DNA from: Escherichia coli
GTDB taxonomy: Bacteria; Pseudomonadota; Gammaproteobacteria; Enterobacterales; Enterobacteriaceae
DNA length: 64,000 nt
Strand: one strand, 5' to 3'
Assembly: GCF_041886205.1 (NCBI RefSeq)
Contig: NZ_CP169029.1
In this document: one piece after another, positions 9,972 through 20,685 of the stretch
Layout of the letters: every line of letters begins with the position of its first letter
Position numbering within the stretch: position 1 is the stretch's first letter
Translations under genes and position numbers: made by a program
Notes under the pieces: generated by a model
What the model was told of the DNA's origin: nothing
Databases searched by the model: none
What the model saw: only the letters and a program-made list of their open reading frames with translations

Positions 9972-10010
9972 CCACGGACCGCACTCTTGACATAAGAGTG
10001 CGGTCCGTGG
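9972..10010. repeat. Perfect 17-bp inverted repeat with 5-nt loop
   Basis: CCACGGACCGCACTCTT-gacat-AAGAGTGCGGTCCGTGG; no flanking T-run on either strand. Confidence 0.9.
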
Positions 10011-11436
10011 AAAACGGAGTTGAAAAAATGGTGTCTGAAAGAAGGTACCATCATTGTGATGACAAATACTTTGGCGTGGATAATGTAATTAATTGCTGAA
10101 ATTGACCGTATATGCGGTAAGACTCATATCAGTACCAGGTCCGGTTAATTGCTGATACTAATATAAACTTTTTACAAAAGGATGAATGCAGAAGGTTACT
10201 CTAATGGCCAGAGTGATGACAATGATGGTCAGACGTTGACCTGCAGAAACTGCATTTTAATTGGTCTATAAAGTCTGCAAGAGGAATCAGGGTCAGATCA
10301 GTGAGTCTTATCGCGGCCCGAAGCTATGACTGAAAGAAGGCTGGATACAGAATTGCAACAATTTGGCAATGTCAGAACACAGAAGCTTTGCAAGCAGGTG
10401 AAAGGTTATGTCTAGCAAAAGGAGTATATCAGAATATATCTACTGATGTACAAAACACAACAATAGCTTCATGATATATAAATACGTGATGACGAGTGGT
10501 ACTCCGCATGGTTATTTAACTTCTCAGCACCACTAATGATCCTGAGCAACTTCGTATTTGGGCCATTACCATGGAGTAGAAAGCTGTGTCTGAGAATGCA
10601 GAATTTGAGAAAAGAATTCGCTTTCTTGGAGAGCTTCTGAAAATGGCACGCTAACAACGTTTTGTTAAAAAATGTGAATCACTTGCCGGGGCTGCATTTT
10701 CTATTCGAGGAGAATGTTGACGTAGATATTACAGAAATCTCAGCGCATCAGGATAAACTGCTACCTTAGGTCAACCACCAAAAGAAAATACAATACGTCC
10801 AGTTTGTATGCCTTTAATAACACATCTTCTAAATGTTGAAGAATTATCCCGCCTGCTGAAGAACGTTGCTCTGAGTGTGATAAACCTTTTTATTCTTGAT
10901 GATGTCAGCGAGAAGATGGAATATATCCCCGACTGGGTCGTGGTTACCCGGTTAAACATCTGGTGGCGCTAATAAATCTGGCAAGTCACATTCTGTTGAA
11001 TGCTGTGACAGTGCCTTACCGAGAGAGCGAAATTGTGGTGTTCTAGTGCATAGTCGCCACCATTCCGGATAATTCTATTACGTTGTTTTACAAGTTCTTT
11101 TACAGCGCAGATCTGTCGCTGACGTTGAATCAATAGCCTGGATTTCAGAACACAATGCCCGTTTGCTGGTTGTTCCGGCAGTAGCATTAATTCATTATCT
11201 GAATGAAATGTGTCAATCCACAGAAACCGCTGTCAATGACGCATTTTGTCGGACGTTAACACGAGAAAGTCTGGCTATTCCGTAATGCCATCTTATTTCG
11301 TAATGGATTGAGAATGCTGGATTTTTAATTATATTACGCGCAGTATTAATCGCGTAAATGTTTTGCGGTCAGCAACGGTGGGGGATCCATTGTTCTGTTC
11401 AATGAATACCATCATACATTTGAATCAGGAGTCGGT

Positions 11437-11982
11437 ATGATGATTTTGGTGACGGGGGGCGCACGGAGCGGGAAGAGTCGCCACGCAGAGGCGCTTATTG
11501 GGGACTCTTCACAGGTTCTGTATATCGCTACCTCGCAAATCCTTGATGATGAGATGGCTGCACGGATAGAACATCATCGGCAAGGCCGCCCGGAGCACTG
11601 GCGCACAGTGGAGCGCTGGCAACATCTTGATGAATTAATTCATGCAGACATTAACCCGAATGAGGTTGTGTTGCTTGAATGCGTTACCACAATGGTGACT
11701 AATCTGTTGTTTGATTATGGCGGCGATAAAGACCCTGATGAATGGGATTATCAGGCGATGGAACAGGCGATTAATGCTGAGATTCAGTCGTTGATTGCTG
11801 CCTGCCAACGTTGCCCCGCAAAGGTTGTATTAGTGACTAACGAAGTGGGAATGGGGATTGTGCCGGAGAGTCGTCTGGCACGACATTTTCGTGATATTGC
11901 CGGGCGGGTAAATCAGCAGTTGGCCGCTGCGGCAAATGAAGTATGGCTGGTGGTTTCGGGTATTGGAGTAAAAATCAAATGA
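11437..11982 (+). CDS. cobU: Adenosylcobinamide kinase / adenosylcobinamide-phosphate guanylyltransferase
   Basis: 181 aa, P-loop GGARSGKS; first gene of cobUST; contains a Chi sequence GCTGGTGG. Confidence 0.92.
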
Positions 11983-12722
11983 GTAAATTATTTTGGGCGA
12001 TGCTCTCATTTATTACGCGTCTGCCTGTACCGCGTCGCTGGTCCCAGGGACTGGATTTCGAGCATTATTCTCGCGGTATTATTACTTTTCCTTTGATTGG
12101 ATTATTGCTTGGCGCGATTAGCGGGCTGGTCTTCATGGTGCTGCAGGCATGGTGTGGCGCACCACTGGCGGCACTGTTTAGCGTACTTGTGCTGGTGCTG
12201 ATGACCGGGGGATTCCATCTGGACGGCCTCGCTGATACCTGTGATGGCGTATTTTCTGCACGTAGCCGCGATCGCATGTTGGAAATCATGCGTGATAGCC
12301 GTTTAGGCACCCACGGCGGTCTGGCATTGATTTTTGTGGTACTGGCAAAGATTCTGGTGTTAAGCGAGTTGGCTCTGCGTGGCGAATCGATCCTTGCATC
12401 GCTGGCGGCAGCATGTGCGGTCAGCCGCGGGACTGCCGCATTATTGATGTATCGTCATCGTTATGCGCGGGAAGAAGGGCTTGGCAATGTGTTCATTGGC
12501 AAAATTGATGGGCGACAAACCTGCGTCACACTCGGCTTAGCCGCTATTTTTGCTGCCGTATTATTGCCGGGTATGCATGGTGTGGCTGCTATGGTGGTGA
12601 CGATGGTGGCGATTTTCATCCTCGGTCAGCTTCTCAAACGTACGCTGGGCGGGCAAACGGGCGATACGCTGGGAGCAGCCATAGAGCTTGGTGAACTGGT
12701 CTTCCTGCTGGCACTGCTATAA
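11979..12722 (+). CDS. cobS: Cobalamin-5'-phosphate synthase
   Basis: 247-aa membrane protein from ATG overlapping the cobU stop (ATGA). Confidence 0.9.
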
Positions 12723-12733
12723 AGAGACGTGAG

Positions 12734-13813
12734 ATGCAAATACTTGCCGATTTACTGAATACGATCCCAGCCATCGATTCTACCGCTATGTCGCGTGCAC
12801 AACGGCATATTGACGGGTTACTCAAACCTGTTGGTAGCCTGGGAAAGCTGGAGGTGCTTGCCATACAACTGGCAGGAATGCCGGGGTTGAATGGCATACC
12901 GCATGTGGGCAAAAAAGCGGTACTGGTTATGTGTGCCGATCACGGCGTCTGGGAGGAAGGGGTCGCTATTTCTCCAAAAGAAGTGACAGCCATACAGGCT
13001 GAAAATATGACCCGTGGAACAACCGGCGTGTGTGTGCTGGCAGAACAAGCGGGCGCTAACGTCCACGTAATTGATGTTGGTATTGATACTGCTGAGCCTA
13101 TCCCCGGGCTTATCAACATGCATGTCGCACGAGGTAGCGGCAATATTGCTTCAGCTCCGGCAATGAGTCGCCGTCAGGCTGAAAAGTTGCTTTTGGACGT
13201 CATATGTTATACGCAGGAGCTGGCAAAAAACGGTGTCACGCTGTTTGGTGTAGGTGAACTGGGGATGGCAAACACGACACCGGCAGCAGCAATAGTCAGC
13301 ACAATCACTGGCCGGAATCCTGAAGAAGTGGTTGGGATTGGCGCAAACCTGCCGACAGATAAACTGGCTAATAAAATTGATGTTGTGCGTCGGGCGATTA
13401 CGTTGAATCAACCAAATCCTCAGGATGGTGTTGATGTCCTGGCAAAAGTGGGTGGATTTGATTTGGTCGGAATAGCTGGAGTGATGTTAGGTGCTGCTTC
13501 CTGCGGTTTACCCGTGTTGCTGGATGGATTTCTTTCTTATGCTGCTGCGCTCGCAGCCTGCCAGATGTCTCCTGCGATCAAACCGTATCTCATTCCTTCT
13601 CACCTGTCGGCAGAAAAAGGCGCGCGTATAGCGCTCTCGCATTTGGGGCTGGAGCCTTATCTCAATATGGAGATGCGTTTAGGTGAGGGGAGTGGCGCAG
13701 CTCTGGCGATGCCCATCATCGAAGCTGCCTGTGCGATATACAACAACATGGGCGAACTTGCTGCCAGTAATATTGTTCTACCGGGGAATACGACTTCTGA
13801 TTTGAACAGTTAA
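12734..13813 (+). CDS. cobT: Nicotinate-nucleotide--dimethylbenzimidazole phosphoribosyltransferase
   Basis: 359 aa; completes cobUST. Confidence 0.92.
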   Translation: MQILADLLNTIPAIDSTAMSRAQRHIDGLLKPVGSLGKLEVLAIQLAGMPGLNGIPHVGKKAVLVMCADHGVWEEGVAISPKEVTAIQAENMTRGTTGVCVLAEQAGANVHVIDVGIDTAEPIPGLINMHVARGSGNIASAPAMSRRQAEKLLLDVICYTQELAKNGVTLFGVGELGMANTTPAAAIVSTITGRNPEEVVGIGANLPTDKLANKIDVVRRAITLNQPNPQDGVDVLAKVGGFDLVGIAGVMLGAASCGLPVLLDGFLSYAAALAACQMSPAIKPYLIPSHLSAEKGARIALSHLGLEPYLNMEMRLGEGSGAALAMPIIEAACAIYNNMGELAASNIVLPGNTTSDLNS

Positions 13814-13877
13814 AAACGAAAAGTCTGATAAAAGCTATACTTAACGGATAGCTTTCGCGGCATAGGAAAGGGACATG

Positions 13878-14810
13878 ATGCGTCGTGTAAATATTCTTTG
13901 CTCATTTGCTCTGCTTTTTGCCAGCCATACTAGCCTGGCGGTAACTTATCCATTACCTCCAGAGGGTAGCCGTTTAGTGGGGCAGTCGTTTACTGTAACT
14001 GTTCCTGATCACAATACCCAGCCGCTGGAGACTTTTGCCGCACAATACGGGCAAGGGTTAAGTAACATGCTGGAAGCGAACCCGGGCGCTGATGTTTTTT
14101 TGCCGAAGTCTGGCTCGCAACTCACCATTCCGCAGCAACTGATTTTGCCCGACACTGTTCGTAAAGGGATTGTTGTTAACGTCGCTGAGATGCGTCTTTA
14201 TTACTACCCACCAGACAGTAATACTGTGGAAGTCTTTCCTATTGGTATCGGCCAGGCTGGGCGAGAAACCCCGCGTAACTGGGTGACTACCGTTGAACGT
14301 AAACAAGAAGCTCCAACCTGGACGCCAACGCCGAACACTCGGCGCGAATATGCGAAACGAGGGGAGAGTTTGCCCGCATTTGTTCCTGCGGGCCCCGATA
14401 ATCCCATGGGGCTGTACGCGATTTATATTGGCAGGTTGTATGCCATCCATGGTACCAATGCCAATTTTGGTATTGGGCTCCGGGTAAGTCAGGGCTGTAT
14501 TCGTCTGCGCAATGACGATATCAAATATCTGTTTGATAATGTTCCTGTTGGGACGCGTGTGCAAATTATCGACCAGCCAGTAAAATACACCACTGAACCA
14601 GATGGCTCGAACTGGCTGGAAGTTCATGAGCCGTTGTCGCGCAATCGTGCAGAATATGAGTCTGACCGAAAAGTGCCATTGCCGGTAACCCCATCTTTGC
14701 GGGCGTTTATCAACGGGCAAGAAGTTGATGTAAATCGCGCAAATGCTGCGTTGCAACGTCGATCGGGAATGCCTGTGCAAATTAGTTCTGGTTCAAGACA
14801 GATGTTTTAA
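13878..14810 (+). CDS. ldtA: L,D-transpeptidase LdtA (ErfK)
   Basis: Signal peptide; YkuD domain with catalytic HGT...SQGCIRL motif. Confidence 0.9.
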   Translation: MRRVNILCSFALLFASHTSLAVTYPLPPEGSRLVGQSFTVTVPDHNTQPLETFAAQYGQGLSNMLEANPGADVFLPKSGSQLTIPQQLILPDTVRKGIVVNVAEMRLYYYPPDSNTVEVFPIGIGQAGRETPRNWVTTVERKQEAPTWTPTPNTRREYAKRGESLPAFVPAGPDNPMGLYAIYIGRLYAIHGTNANFGIGLRVSQGCIRLRNDDIKYLFDNVPVGTRVQIIDQPVKYTTEPDGSNWLEVHEPLSRNRAEYESDRKVPLPVTPSLRAFINGQEVDVNRANAALQRRSGMPVQISSGSRQMF

Positions 14811-14833
14811 GAGCGTTGGTAATTAGAAAGCAA

Positions 14834-14860
14834 AAAGCCTGCTAGAAAGCAGGCTTTTTT
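14834..14860 (+). terminator. Rho-independent terminator after ldtA
   Basis: AGCCTGCT-agaa-AGCAGGCT followed by TTTTTT. Confidence 0.75.
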
Positions 14861-14865
14861 GAATT

Positions 14866-14941
14866 TGGCTCCTCTGACTGGACTCGAACCAGTGACATAC
14901 GGATTAACAGTCCGCCGTTCTACCGACTGAACTACAGAGGA
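14866..14941 (-). tRNA. asnV: tRNA-Asn (GUU)
   Basis: Reverse complement equals TCCTCTGTAGTTCAGTCGGTAGAACGGCGGACTGTTAATCCGTATGTCACTGGTTCGAGTCCAGTCAGAGGAGCCA. Confidence 0.95.
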
Positions 14942-14959
14942 ATCGTGTGAACGGGGCGC

Positions 14960-14988
14960 ATATTAATGGCAGTGCATGGTGATGTCAA
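14960..14988 (-). promoter_or_regulatory. Sigma70 promoter of tRNA-Asn (TTGACA-17-TAATAT)
   Basis: Consensus -35 and near-consensus -10 about 18 nt upstream of the tRNA 5' end; GC-rich discriminator. Confidence 0.55.
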
Positions 14989-15196
14989 AGGGTGAAATGC
15001 ATTTTTTTGTTTGTTTGCTGTCAATTTCAACAAAGTGGTGAGCTTTCAATCTTATTGGGTAATGAACCATCGTGGTGCATACCCTCCTTTTATAGGGCAG
15101 GGGAACGCGACAGCTGATTAAAGGAGCAAATGACGAATCTATCATAATCTCTTATTTGACAGTTGGTTAGCTTGTACATCAACACCAAAATAAAAC

Positions 15197-15212
15197 TGGC
15201 AAGCATCTTGCA
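15197..15212 (+). promoter_or_regulatory. Sigma54 (-24/-12) promoter of nac
   Basis: TGGCAAGCATCTTGCA (GG-N10-GC) about 55 nt upstream of nac; NtrC-like element ACCATCGTGGTGCAT about 130 nt further upstream. Confidence 0.6.
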
Positions 15213-15267
15213 ATCTGGTTGTAAGTAATGGCGGCACTTGGGCCGATTCTTAAAAACCGGAGGCAAC

Positions 15268-16185
15268 ATGAACTTCAGACGCCTGAAATACTTCGTAAAA
15301 ATTGTAGATATTGGTAGCCTGACCCAGGCTGCTGAAGTATTGCATATCGCACAACCAGCGCTCAGCCAGCAGGTTGCCACACTGGAAGGTGAGTTAAATC
15401 AACAACTTTTGATCCGTACAAAGCGGGGCGTTACACCAACAGACGCCGGAAAAATTCTCTATACCCATGCGCGGGCCATTTTACGTCAGTGTGAACAGGC
15501 CCAACTGGCGGTGCATAACGTTGGTCAGGCATTATCGGGGCAAGTCTCGATTGGCTTTGCACCAGGAACCGCTGCGTCATCCATCACCATGCCCTTATTA
15601 CAGGCGGTTCGCGCTGAATTTCCGGAGATCGTTATCTATCTTCATGAAAATAGTGGTGCAGTGCTTAACGAAAAATTGATAAATCACCAACTCGATATGG
15701 CGGTGATTTATGAGCATTCCCCTGTGGCTGGTGTATCCAGTCAGGCTTTGCTGAAAGAAGATCTTTTTCTGGTAGGAACTCAAGATTGCCCGGGGCAAAG
15801 CGTTGATGTGAATGCTATTGCGCAAATGAACCTCTTTCTCCCCAGTGATTACAGTGCTATTAGACTTCGTGTTGATGAGGCTTTTTCCCTACGGCGACTC
15901 ACGGCAAAAGTTATTGGTGAAATTGAGTCTATTGCCACGCTTACCGCAGCGATTGCCAGCGGCATGGGCGTTGCAGTATTACCCGAATCGGCCGCGCGTT
16001 CGTTATGTGGCGCAGTAAATGGGTGGATGTCACGCATTACCACTCCTTCCATGAGTCTCTCTTTGTCATTAAATTTACCCGCCAGAGCGAACTTATCGCC
16101 ACAGGCACAGGCAGTGAAAGAGTTGTTAATGTCAGTGATTAGTTCTCCAGTGATGGAAAAAAGGCAGTGGCAATTGGTGAGCTAA
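15268..16185 (+). CDS. nac: Nitrogen assimilation control protein Nac (LysR family)
   Basis: 305 aa from MNFRRLKYFVKIVDIGSLTQAAEVLHIAQPALSQQV; sigma54 promoter upstream. Confidence 0.9.
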   Translation: MNFRRLKYFVKIVDIGSLTQAAEVLHIAQPALSQQVATLEGELNQQLLIRTKRGVTPTDAGKILYTHARAILRQCEQAQLAVHNVGQALSGQVSIGFAPGTAASSITMPLLQAVRAEFPEIVIYLHENSGAVLNEKLINHQLDMAVIYEHSPVAGVSSQALLKEDLFLVGTQDCPGQSVDVNAIAQMNLFLPSDYSAIRLRVDEAFSLRRLTAKVIGEIESIATLTAAIASGMGVAVLPESAARSLCGAVNGWMSRITTPSMSLSLSLNLPARANLSPQAQAVKELLMSVISSPVMEKRQWQLVS

Positions 16186-16286
16186 GTGTTATATCGGGAT
16201 GGAATAAGATGCGGGTTTTTATTATTTGTTATGCCGGGCATTAGACTTTAACAATAACGGGAAATCTGAACTGCCCGGAGTTTACC

Positions 16287-17237
16287 GTGAATTTCCAACA
16301 ACTAAAGATAATCCGCGAGGCTGCACGTCAGGATTACAACCTGACAGAGGTTGCGAATATGCTTTTTACCTCACAGTCAGGCGTCAGCCGTCATATTCGG
16401 GAACTGGAGGATGAACTTGGCATCGAAATATTTGTTCGACGAGGTAAGCGACTGCTGGGCATGACTGAACCGGGCAAAGCATTACTGGTCATTGCAGAAC
16501 GTATTCTGAATGAAGCCAGTAATGTTCGTCGGCTTGCAGACCTGTTTACCAACGATACGTCTGGCGTTCTCACTATTGCAACGACGCATACTCAGGCACG
16601 TTATAGCTTGCCAGAGGTCATTAAAGCTTTTCGCGAACTTTTCCCGGAGGTTCGGCTCGAGCTAATCCAGGGGACGCCACAGGAAATTGCGACATTGTTG
16701 CAAAATGGCGAAGCTGATATTGGTATCGCCAGCGAGCGTTTGAGTAATGACCCGCAGCTCGTCGCCTTCCCGTGGTTTCGTTGGCACCATAGTTTGCTTG
16801 TTCCACACGATCATCCCTTGACGCAAATTTCACCATTGACGCTGGAATCAATAGCGAAGTGGCCGTTAATCACTTACCGACAGGGGATTACGGGGCGCTC
16901 ACGTATTGATGACGCATTTGCCCGCAAAGGTTTGCTGGCAGATATTGTATTAAGTGCGCAGGATTCTGATGTCATTAAAACCTATGTTGCTCTTGGGCTT
17001 GGGATCGGATTAGTTGCCGAGCAATCCAGTGGCGAACAAGAGGAAGAGAATTTAATCCGCCTGGATACGCGGCATCTTTTTGATGCTAATACTGTCTGGT
17101 TGGGACTGAAGCGAGGACAACTTCAGCGTAACTATGTCTGGCGCTTTCTGGAACTTTGTAATGCAGGACTGTCAGTTGAGGATATCAAGCGGCAGGTGAT
17201 GGAAAGCAGTGAAGAGGGAATTGATTATCAGATATAG
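16287..17237 (+). CDS. cbl: LysR-family regulator Cbl (sulfonate utilisation)
   Basis: 316 aa LysR-type protein (MNFQQLKIIREAARQDYNLTEVANMLFTSQSGVSRHIRELE...) immediately after nac. Confidence 0.9.
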   Translation: MNFQQLKIIREAARQDYNLTEVANMLFTSQSGVSRHIRELEDELGIEIFVRRGKRLLGMTEPGKALLVIAERILNEASNVRRLADLFTNDTSGVLTIATTHTQARYSLPEVIKAFRELFPEVRLELIQGTPQEIATLLQNGEADIGIASERLSNDPQLVAFPWFRWHHSLLVPHDHPLTQISPLTLESIAKWPLITYRQGITGRSRIDDAFARKGLLADIVLSAQDSDVIKTYVALGLGIGLVAEQSSGEQEEENLIRLDTRHLFDANTVWLGLKRGQLQRNYVWRFLELCNAGLSVEDIKRQVMESSEEGIDYQI

Positions 17238-17242
17238 CAAAA

Positions 17243-17267
17243 ATCCCGCTATAAAAGCGGGCTTTTC
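17243..17267 (+). terminator. Rho-independent terminator after cbl
   Basis: CCCGCT-ataaa-AGCGGG followed by CTTTTC. Confidence 0.6.
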
Positions 17268-17274
17268 AGGAATT

Positions 17275-17350
17275 TGGCTCCTCTGACTGGACTCGAACCA
17301 GTGACATACGGATTAACAGTCCGCCGTTCTACCGACTGAACTACAGAGGA
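17275..17350 (-). tRNA. asnU: tRNA-Asn (GUU)
   Basis: Sequence identical to the other three tRNA-Asn copies. Confidence 0.95.
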
Positions 17351-17366
17351 ATCGTTGTTGAGGCAC

Positions 17367-17394
17367 ATCTTAACGGCGAAAAATCTTTTGTCAA
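17367..17394 (-). promoter_or_regulatory. Sigma70 promoter of tRNA-Asn (TTGACA-16-TAAGAT)
   Basis: Same architecture as the other asn promoters; lies inside the 5' extension of the yeeO track ORF. Confidence 0.5.
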
Positions 17395-17510
17395 ACCCGA
17401 TTTATAAATTCCCCTACTGTTTGCCGTTTCTATCAACAGTTTGTTGCATTTGCAGACAATTTGTTGGCGAAAATCTTTGCAGCTTTGCTGATTCTCCCTC
17501 ATTATTTGAA

Positions 17511-18998
17511 ATGTGGTTTCACTTTCTGCAATTAAGGTCGGCTTTGAATATCTCCTCTGCTTTACGCCAGGTTGTTCACGGCACTCGCTGGCACGCTAAA
17601 CGCAAGAGCTACAAAGTGTTGTTCTGGCGCGAGATAACCCCGCTTGCTGTTCCTATCTTCATGGAGAATGCCTGTGTCCTGTTGATGGGGGTTCTGAGCA
17701 CTTTTCTGGTCAGCTGGCTGGGAAAAGATGCGATGGCCGGCGTGGGATTGGCGGACAGCTTCAATATGGTCATTATGGCTTTTTTTGCTGCTATCGATCT
17801 TGGTACTACTGTCGTTGTGGCATTTAGTCTCGGTAAGCGGGATCGACGACGAGCGAGGGTGGCGACGCGGCAGTCATTGGTGATCATGACGTTGTTTGCC
17901 GTACTGTTGGCAACGCTTATTCATCATTTTGGCGAACAAATTATTGATTTCGTCGCGGGTGATGCCACGACAGAAGTTAAAGCACTGGCGTTGACTTATC
18001 TGGAGCTGACGGTACTCAGTTATCCAGCAGCTGCCATCACTCTTATTGGTAGCGGGGCACTTCGTGGTGCAGGGAATACGAAAATACCGCTATTGATTAA
18101 CGGTAGCCTGAATATTCTTAATATTATTATTAGCGGCATATTGATTTACGGCCTTTTCTCCTGGCCGGGACTGGAATTTGTCGGGGCAGGGCTGGGTTTA
18201 ACCATTTCTCGTTATATTGGCGCAGTTGCAATTTTGTGGGTGCTGGCGATTGGTTTTAATCCTGCGCTAAGGATTTCGTTAAAGAGCTATTTTAAACCGC
18301 TGAATTTTAGCATTATCTGGGAAGTCATGGGGATTGGTATTCCCGCGAGTGTCGAATCAGTGTTATTTACCAGTGGTCGGTTATTAACCCAAATGTTCGT
18401 TGCCGGGATGGGGACCAGTGTTATTGCCGGAAATTTTATCGCGTTTTCAATTGCGGCTCTTATCAACTTACCCGGAAGTGCGCTCGGCTCTGCTTCTACG
18501 ATCATTACAGGCCGAAGGTTGGGGGTAGGGCAGATAGCGCAAGCAGAGATTCAGTTGCGGCATGTGTTCTGGCTTTCCACTCTTGGATTAACGGCCATCG
18601 CCTGGCTAACGGCTCCCTTTGCCGGGGTTATGGCATCGTTTTACACCCAGGATCCACAGGTTAAACATGTCGTTGTGATTCTGATTTGGCTAAATGCTTT
18701 ATTTATGCCTATTTGGTCCGCCTCATGGGTGCTACCCGCTGGATTTAAAGGTGCTCGTGATGCCCGTTACGCCATGTGGGTTTCGATGTTGAGCATGTGG
18801 GGTTGTCGGGTTGTAGTCGGTTATGTGCTGGGAATCATGCTTGGCTGGGGTGTGGTTGGTGTCTGGATGGGAATGTTTGCCGACTGGGCTGTGCGGGCCG
18901 TGCTGTTTTACTGGCGAATGGTTACTGGACGTTGGCTATGGAAATACCCTCGACCCGAGCCGCAAAAGTGTGAAAAAAAGCCAGTTGTGTCGGAATAA
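17511..18998 (+). CDS. yeeO: MATE-family efflux transporter YeeO
   Basis: Track ORF is 547 aa; proposed start at internal ATG (MWFHFLQ...) gives about 495 aa and avoids the asnU promoter; 12-TMS MATE topology. Confidence 0.8.
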   Translation: MWFHFLQLRSALNISSALRQVVHGTRWHAKRKSYKVLFWREITPLAVPIFMENACVLLMGVLSTFLVSWLGKDAMAGVGLADSFNMVIMAFFAAIDLGTTVVVAFSLGKRDRRRARVATRQSLVIMTLFAVLLATLIHHFGEQIIDFVAGDATTEVKALALTYLELTVLSYPAAAITLIGSGALRGAGNTKIPLLINGSLNILNIIISGILIYGLFSWPGLEFVGAGLGLTISRYIGAVAILWVLAIGFNPALRISLKSYFKPLNFSIIWEVMGIGIPASVESVLFTSGRLLTQMFVAGMGTSVIAGNFIAFSIAALINLPGSALGSASTIITGRRLGVGQIAQAEIQLRHVFWLSTLGLTAIAWLTAPFAGVMASFYTQDPQVKHVVVILIWLNALFMPIWSASWVLPAGFKGARDARYAMWVSMLSMWGCRVVVGYVLGIMLGWGVVGVWMGMFADWAVRAVLFYWRMVTGRWLWKYPRPEPQKCEKKPVVSE

Positions 18999-19051
18999 AC
19001 GACAAAATGCAGATTATTTCAGCAAACGATTTCAAATTTAAAAAACAGGCT

Positions 19052-19080
19052 TTGACATTGTGGGTGGGCATCGCTAATAT
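19052..19080 (+). promoter_or_regulatory. Sigma70 promoter of tRNA-Asn (TTGACA-17-TAATAT)
   Basis: CTTTGACATTGTGGGTGGGCATCGCTAATAT, 18 nt upstream of the tRNA. Confidence 0.6.
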
Positions 19081-19098
19081 TCGCCTCGTTCTCACGAT

Positions 19099-19174
19099 TC
19101 CTCTGTAGTTCAGTCGGTAGAACGGCGGACTGTTAATCCGTATGTCACTGGTTCGAGTCCAGTCAGAGGAGCCA
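19099..19174 (+). tRNA. asnW: tRNA-Asn (GUU)
   Basis: 76-nt tRNA-Asn sequence ending ...GAGGAGCCA. Confidence 0.95.
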
Positions 19175-19235
19175 AATTTTAGTTTTGAGACATCTCTATG
19201 AGTCTCAAAACAGTTAAAAAATAAAAATTATTTTT

Positions 19236-19271
19236 ACCCGGTTACCTTGTAAAAAAGTGACCGGGTTTTTT
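19236..19271 (+). terminator. Terminator candidate downstream of tRNA-Asn
   Basis: ACCCGGT...ACCGGGT stem followed by TTTTTT; an additional 10-bp hairpin lies at 19184-19213. Confidence 0.5.
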
Positions 19272-19626
19272 GATTTCTGTGTTTCGTGCGCTTAATCGAG
19301 TCTCACGCTTCAGTGAGCAAATTGTCCCTCCCCAACAGACATCACGATTCGCAAGGTCAAAAACTCTGTTCCATGAAGTACCGTACAAAGATAAAGAGAA
19401 AAATGCCTTATGCGGGATGTCGCTATCGCGTCTTTATCGGGAAACTATGCGTAATTGCCACTTTGCCTTCTGTAATCAGAAAAAGAAGAACTGGAATTTT
19501 AATAAATATTATTTCTCTGGGAACGGGGGGGTATAATCAATATGACGAGTTGAATATTATATTTTTTATAAGAATTATATGAGATTAAAGAAATCTGCCG
19601 TAAAGACAGATTTCTTTAAAAGATAA

Positions 19627-20343
19627 TTAGAGATTTGCGACGTTATGATAAACTTTTTGTACATCGTCGTCATCTTCAAGGGCATCAACAAGCCCTTCAA
19701 AGATTTCTAAATCTTCTGGGGAAAGCTCAACTTCAGATTGAGCAATCATTTCTAATTCTGTTGTTGAGAACTCAGTGATTCCAGCTGCTTTTAGAGCCGC
19801 GATTCCTTTATGAAGGTCAGTAGGTTCAGTATAAATAACAATGTTACCTTCTTCTTCAGTCACATCACGAACATCAACTTCAGCTTCAAGTAAAATTTCA
19901 AAAATATGGTCAGGGTCTGTCCCTTTAAATACAATCACACCCGTATTGTCAAACATATAGCTGACAGAACCTGCCGCTCCGATATTGCCGCCTTTTTTAT
20001 TGAAAATTGTGCGAACGTTAGCAATCGTACGGTTAACATTTGAAGTCAATGTCTCGGCGATAATCATTGAGCCATTAGGACCAAAGCCTTCATAACGTCC
20101 CTGCACGAACGTTTCATCTCCGCCGCCTTTGGCTTTATCAATTGCTTTATCAATAACGTGCTTTGGAACTTGTGCCTGCTTTGCACGTTCAATAACGAAT
20201 TTTAAAGATGTGTTTAATTCTGGATCGGGTTCACCTTGTTTAGCAGCAGCATAGATTTCTACACCGAATTTTGCATAAATTTTAGACGTTGCACCGTCTT
20301 TAGCCGTTTTTTTAGCAACAATATTGGCCCATTTACGTCCCAC
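19627..20343 (-). CDS. yeeN: YebC/PmpR-family transcriptional regulator YeeN
   Basis: 238 aa beginning [27 protein letters not shown]... Confidence 0.9.
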
Positions 20344-20685
20344 TGGAATGATCTCCTCGAAAATTTATTTACATTACTGGTAAATCGTTAACATGTGTTA
20401 ATTCAGCATATTATATCATAACAGGAAAAATCTCGTCTATTAGAAATAAAAATATTCTAAAGCCATAATCTTATATTTAATTTTATAAAAACTTATATTG
20501 TTGGCGGGATTTTTTATAATTGTGTTTTGAAAGCATACTTGCTTTTAATATGTGGAAATCATTAAGACGATAATAAAACTCGTATCCGCCCAAGGAAGCA
20601 AACAGCCCACGATTATTGCAGGCTATTTGCCAGGTGTCTTACTTACTCCTTCACATCTATTTCTGATAAGAAGGTTCAGAACTTA

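Noticed and set aside
10024-10095. 23-codon ORF (MVSERRYHHCDDKYFGVDNVINC) with GGAG RBS just after the 17-bp palindrome
   Set aside because: Too short and without a recognisable motif to call a gene from sequence alone; kept only as a note under the palindrome finding.
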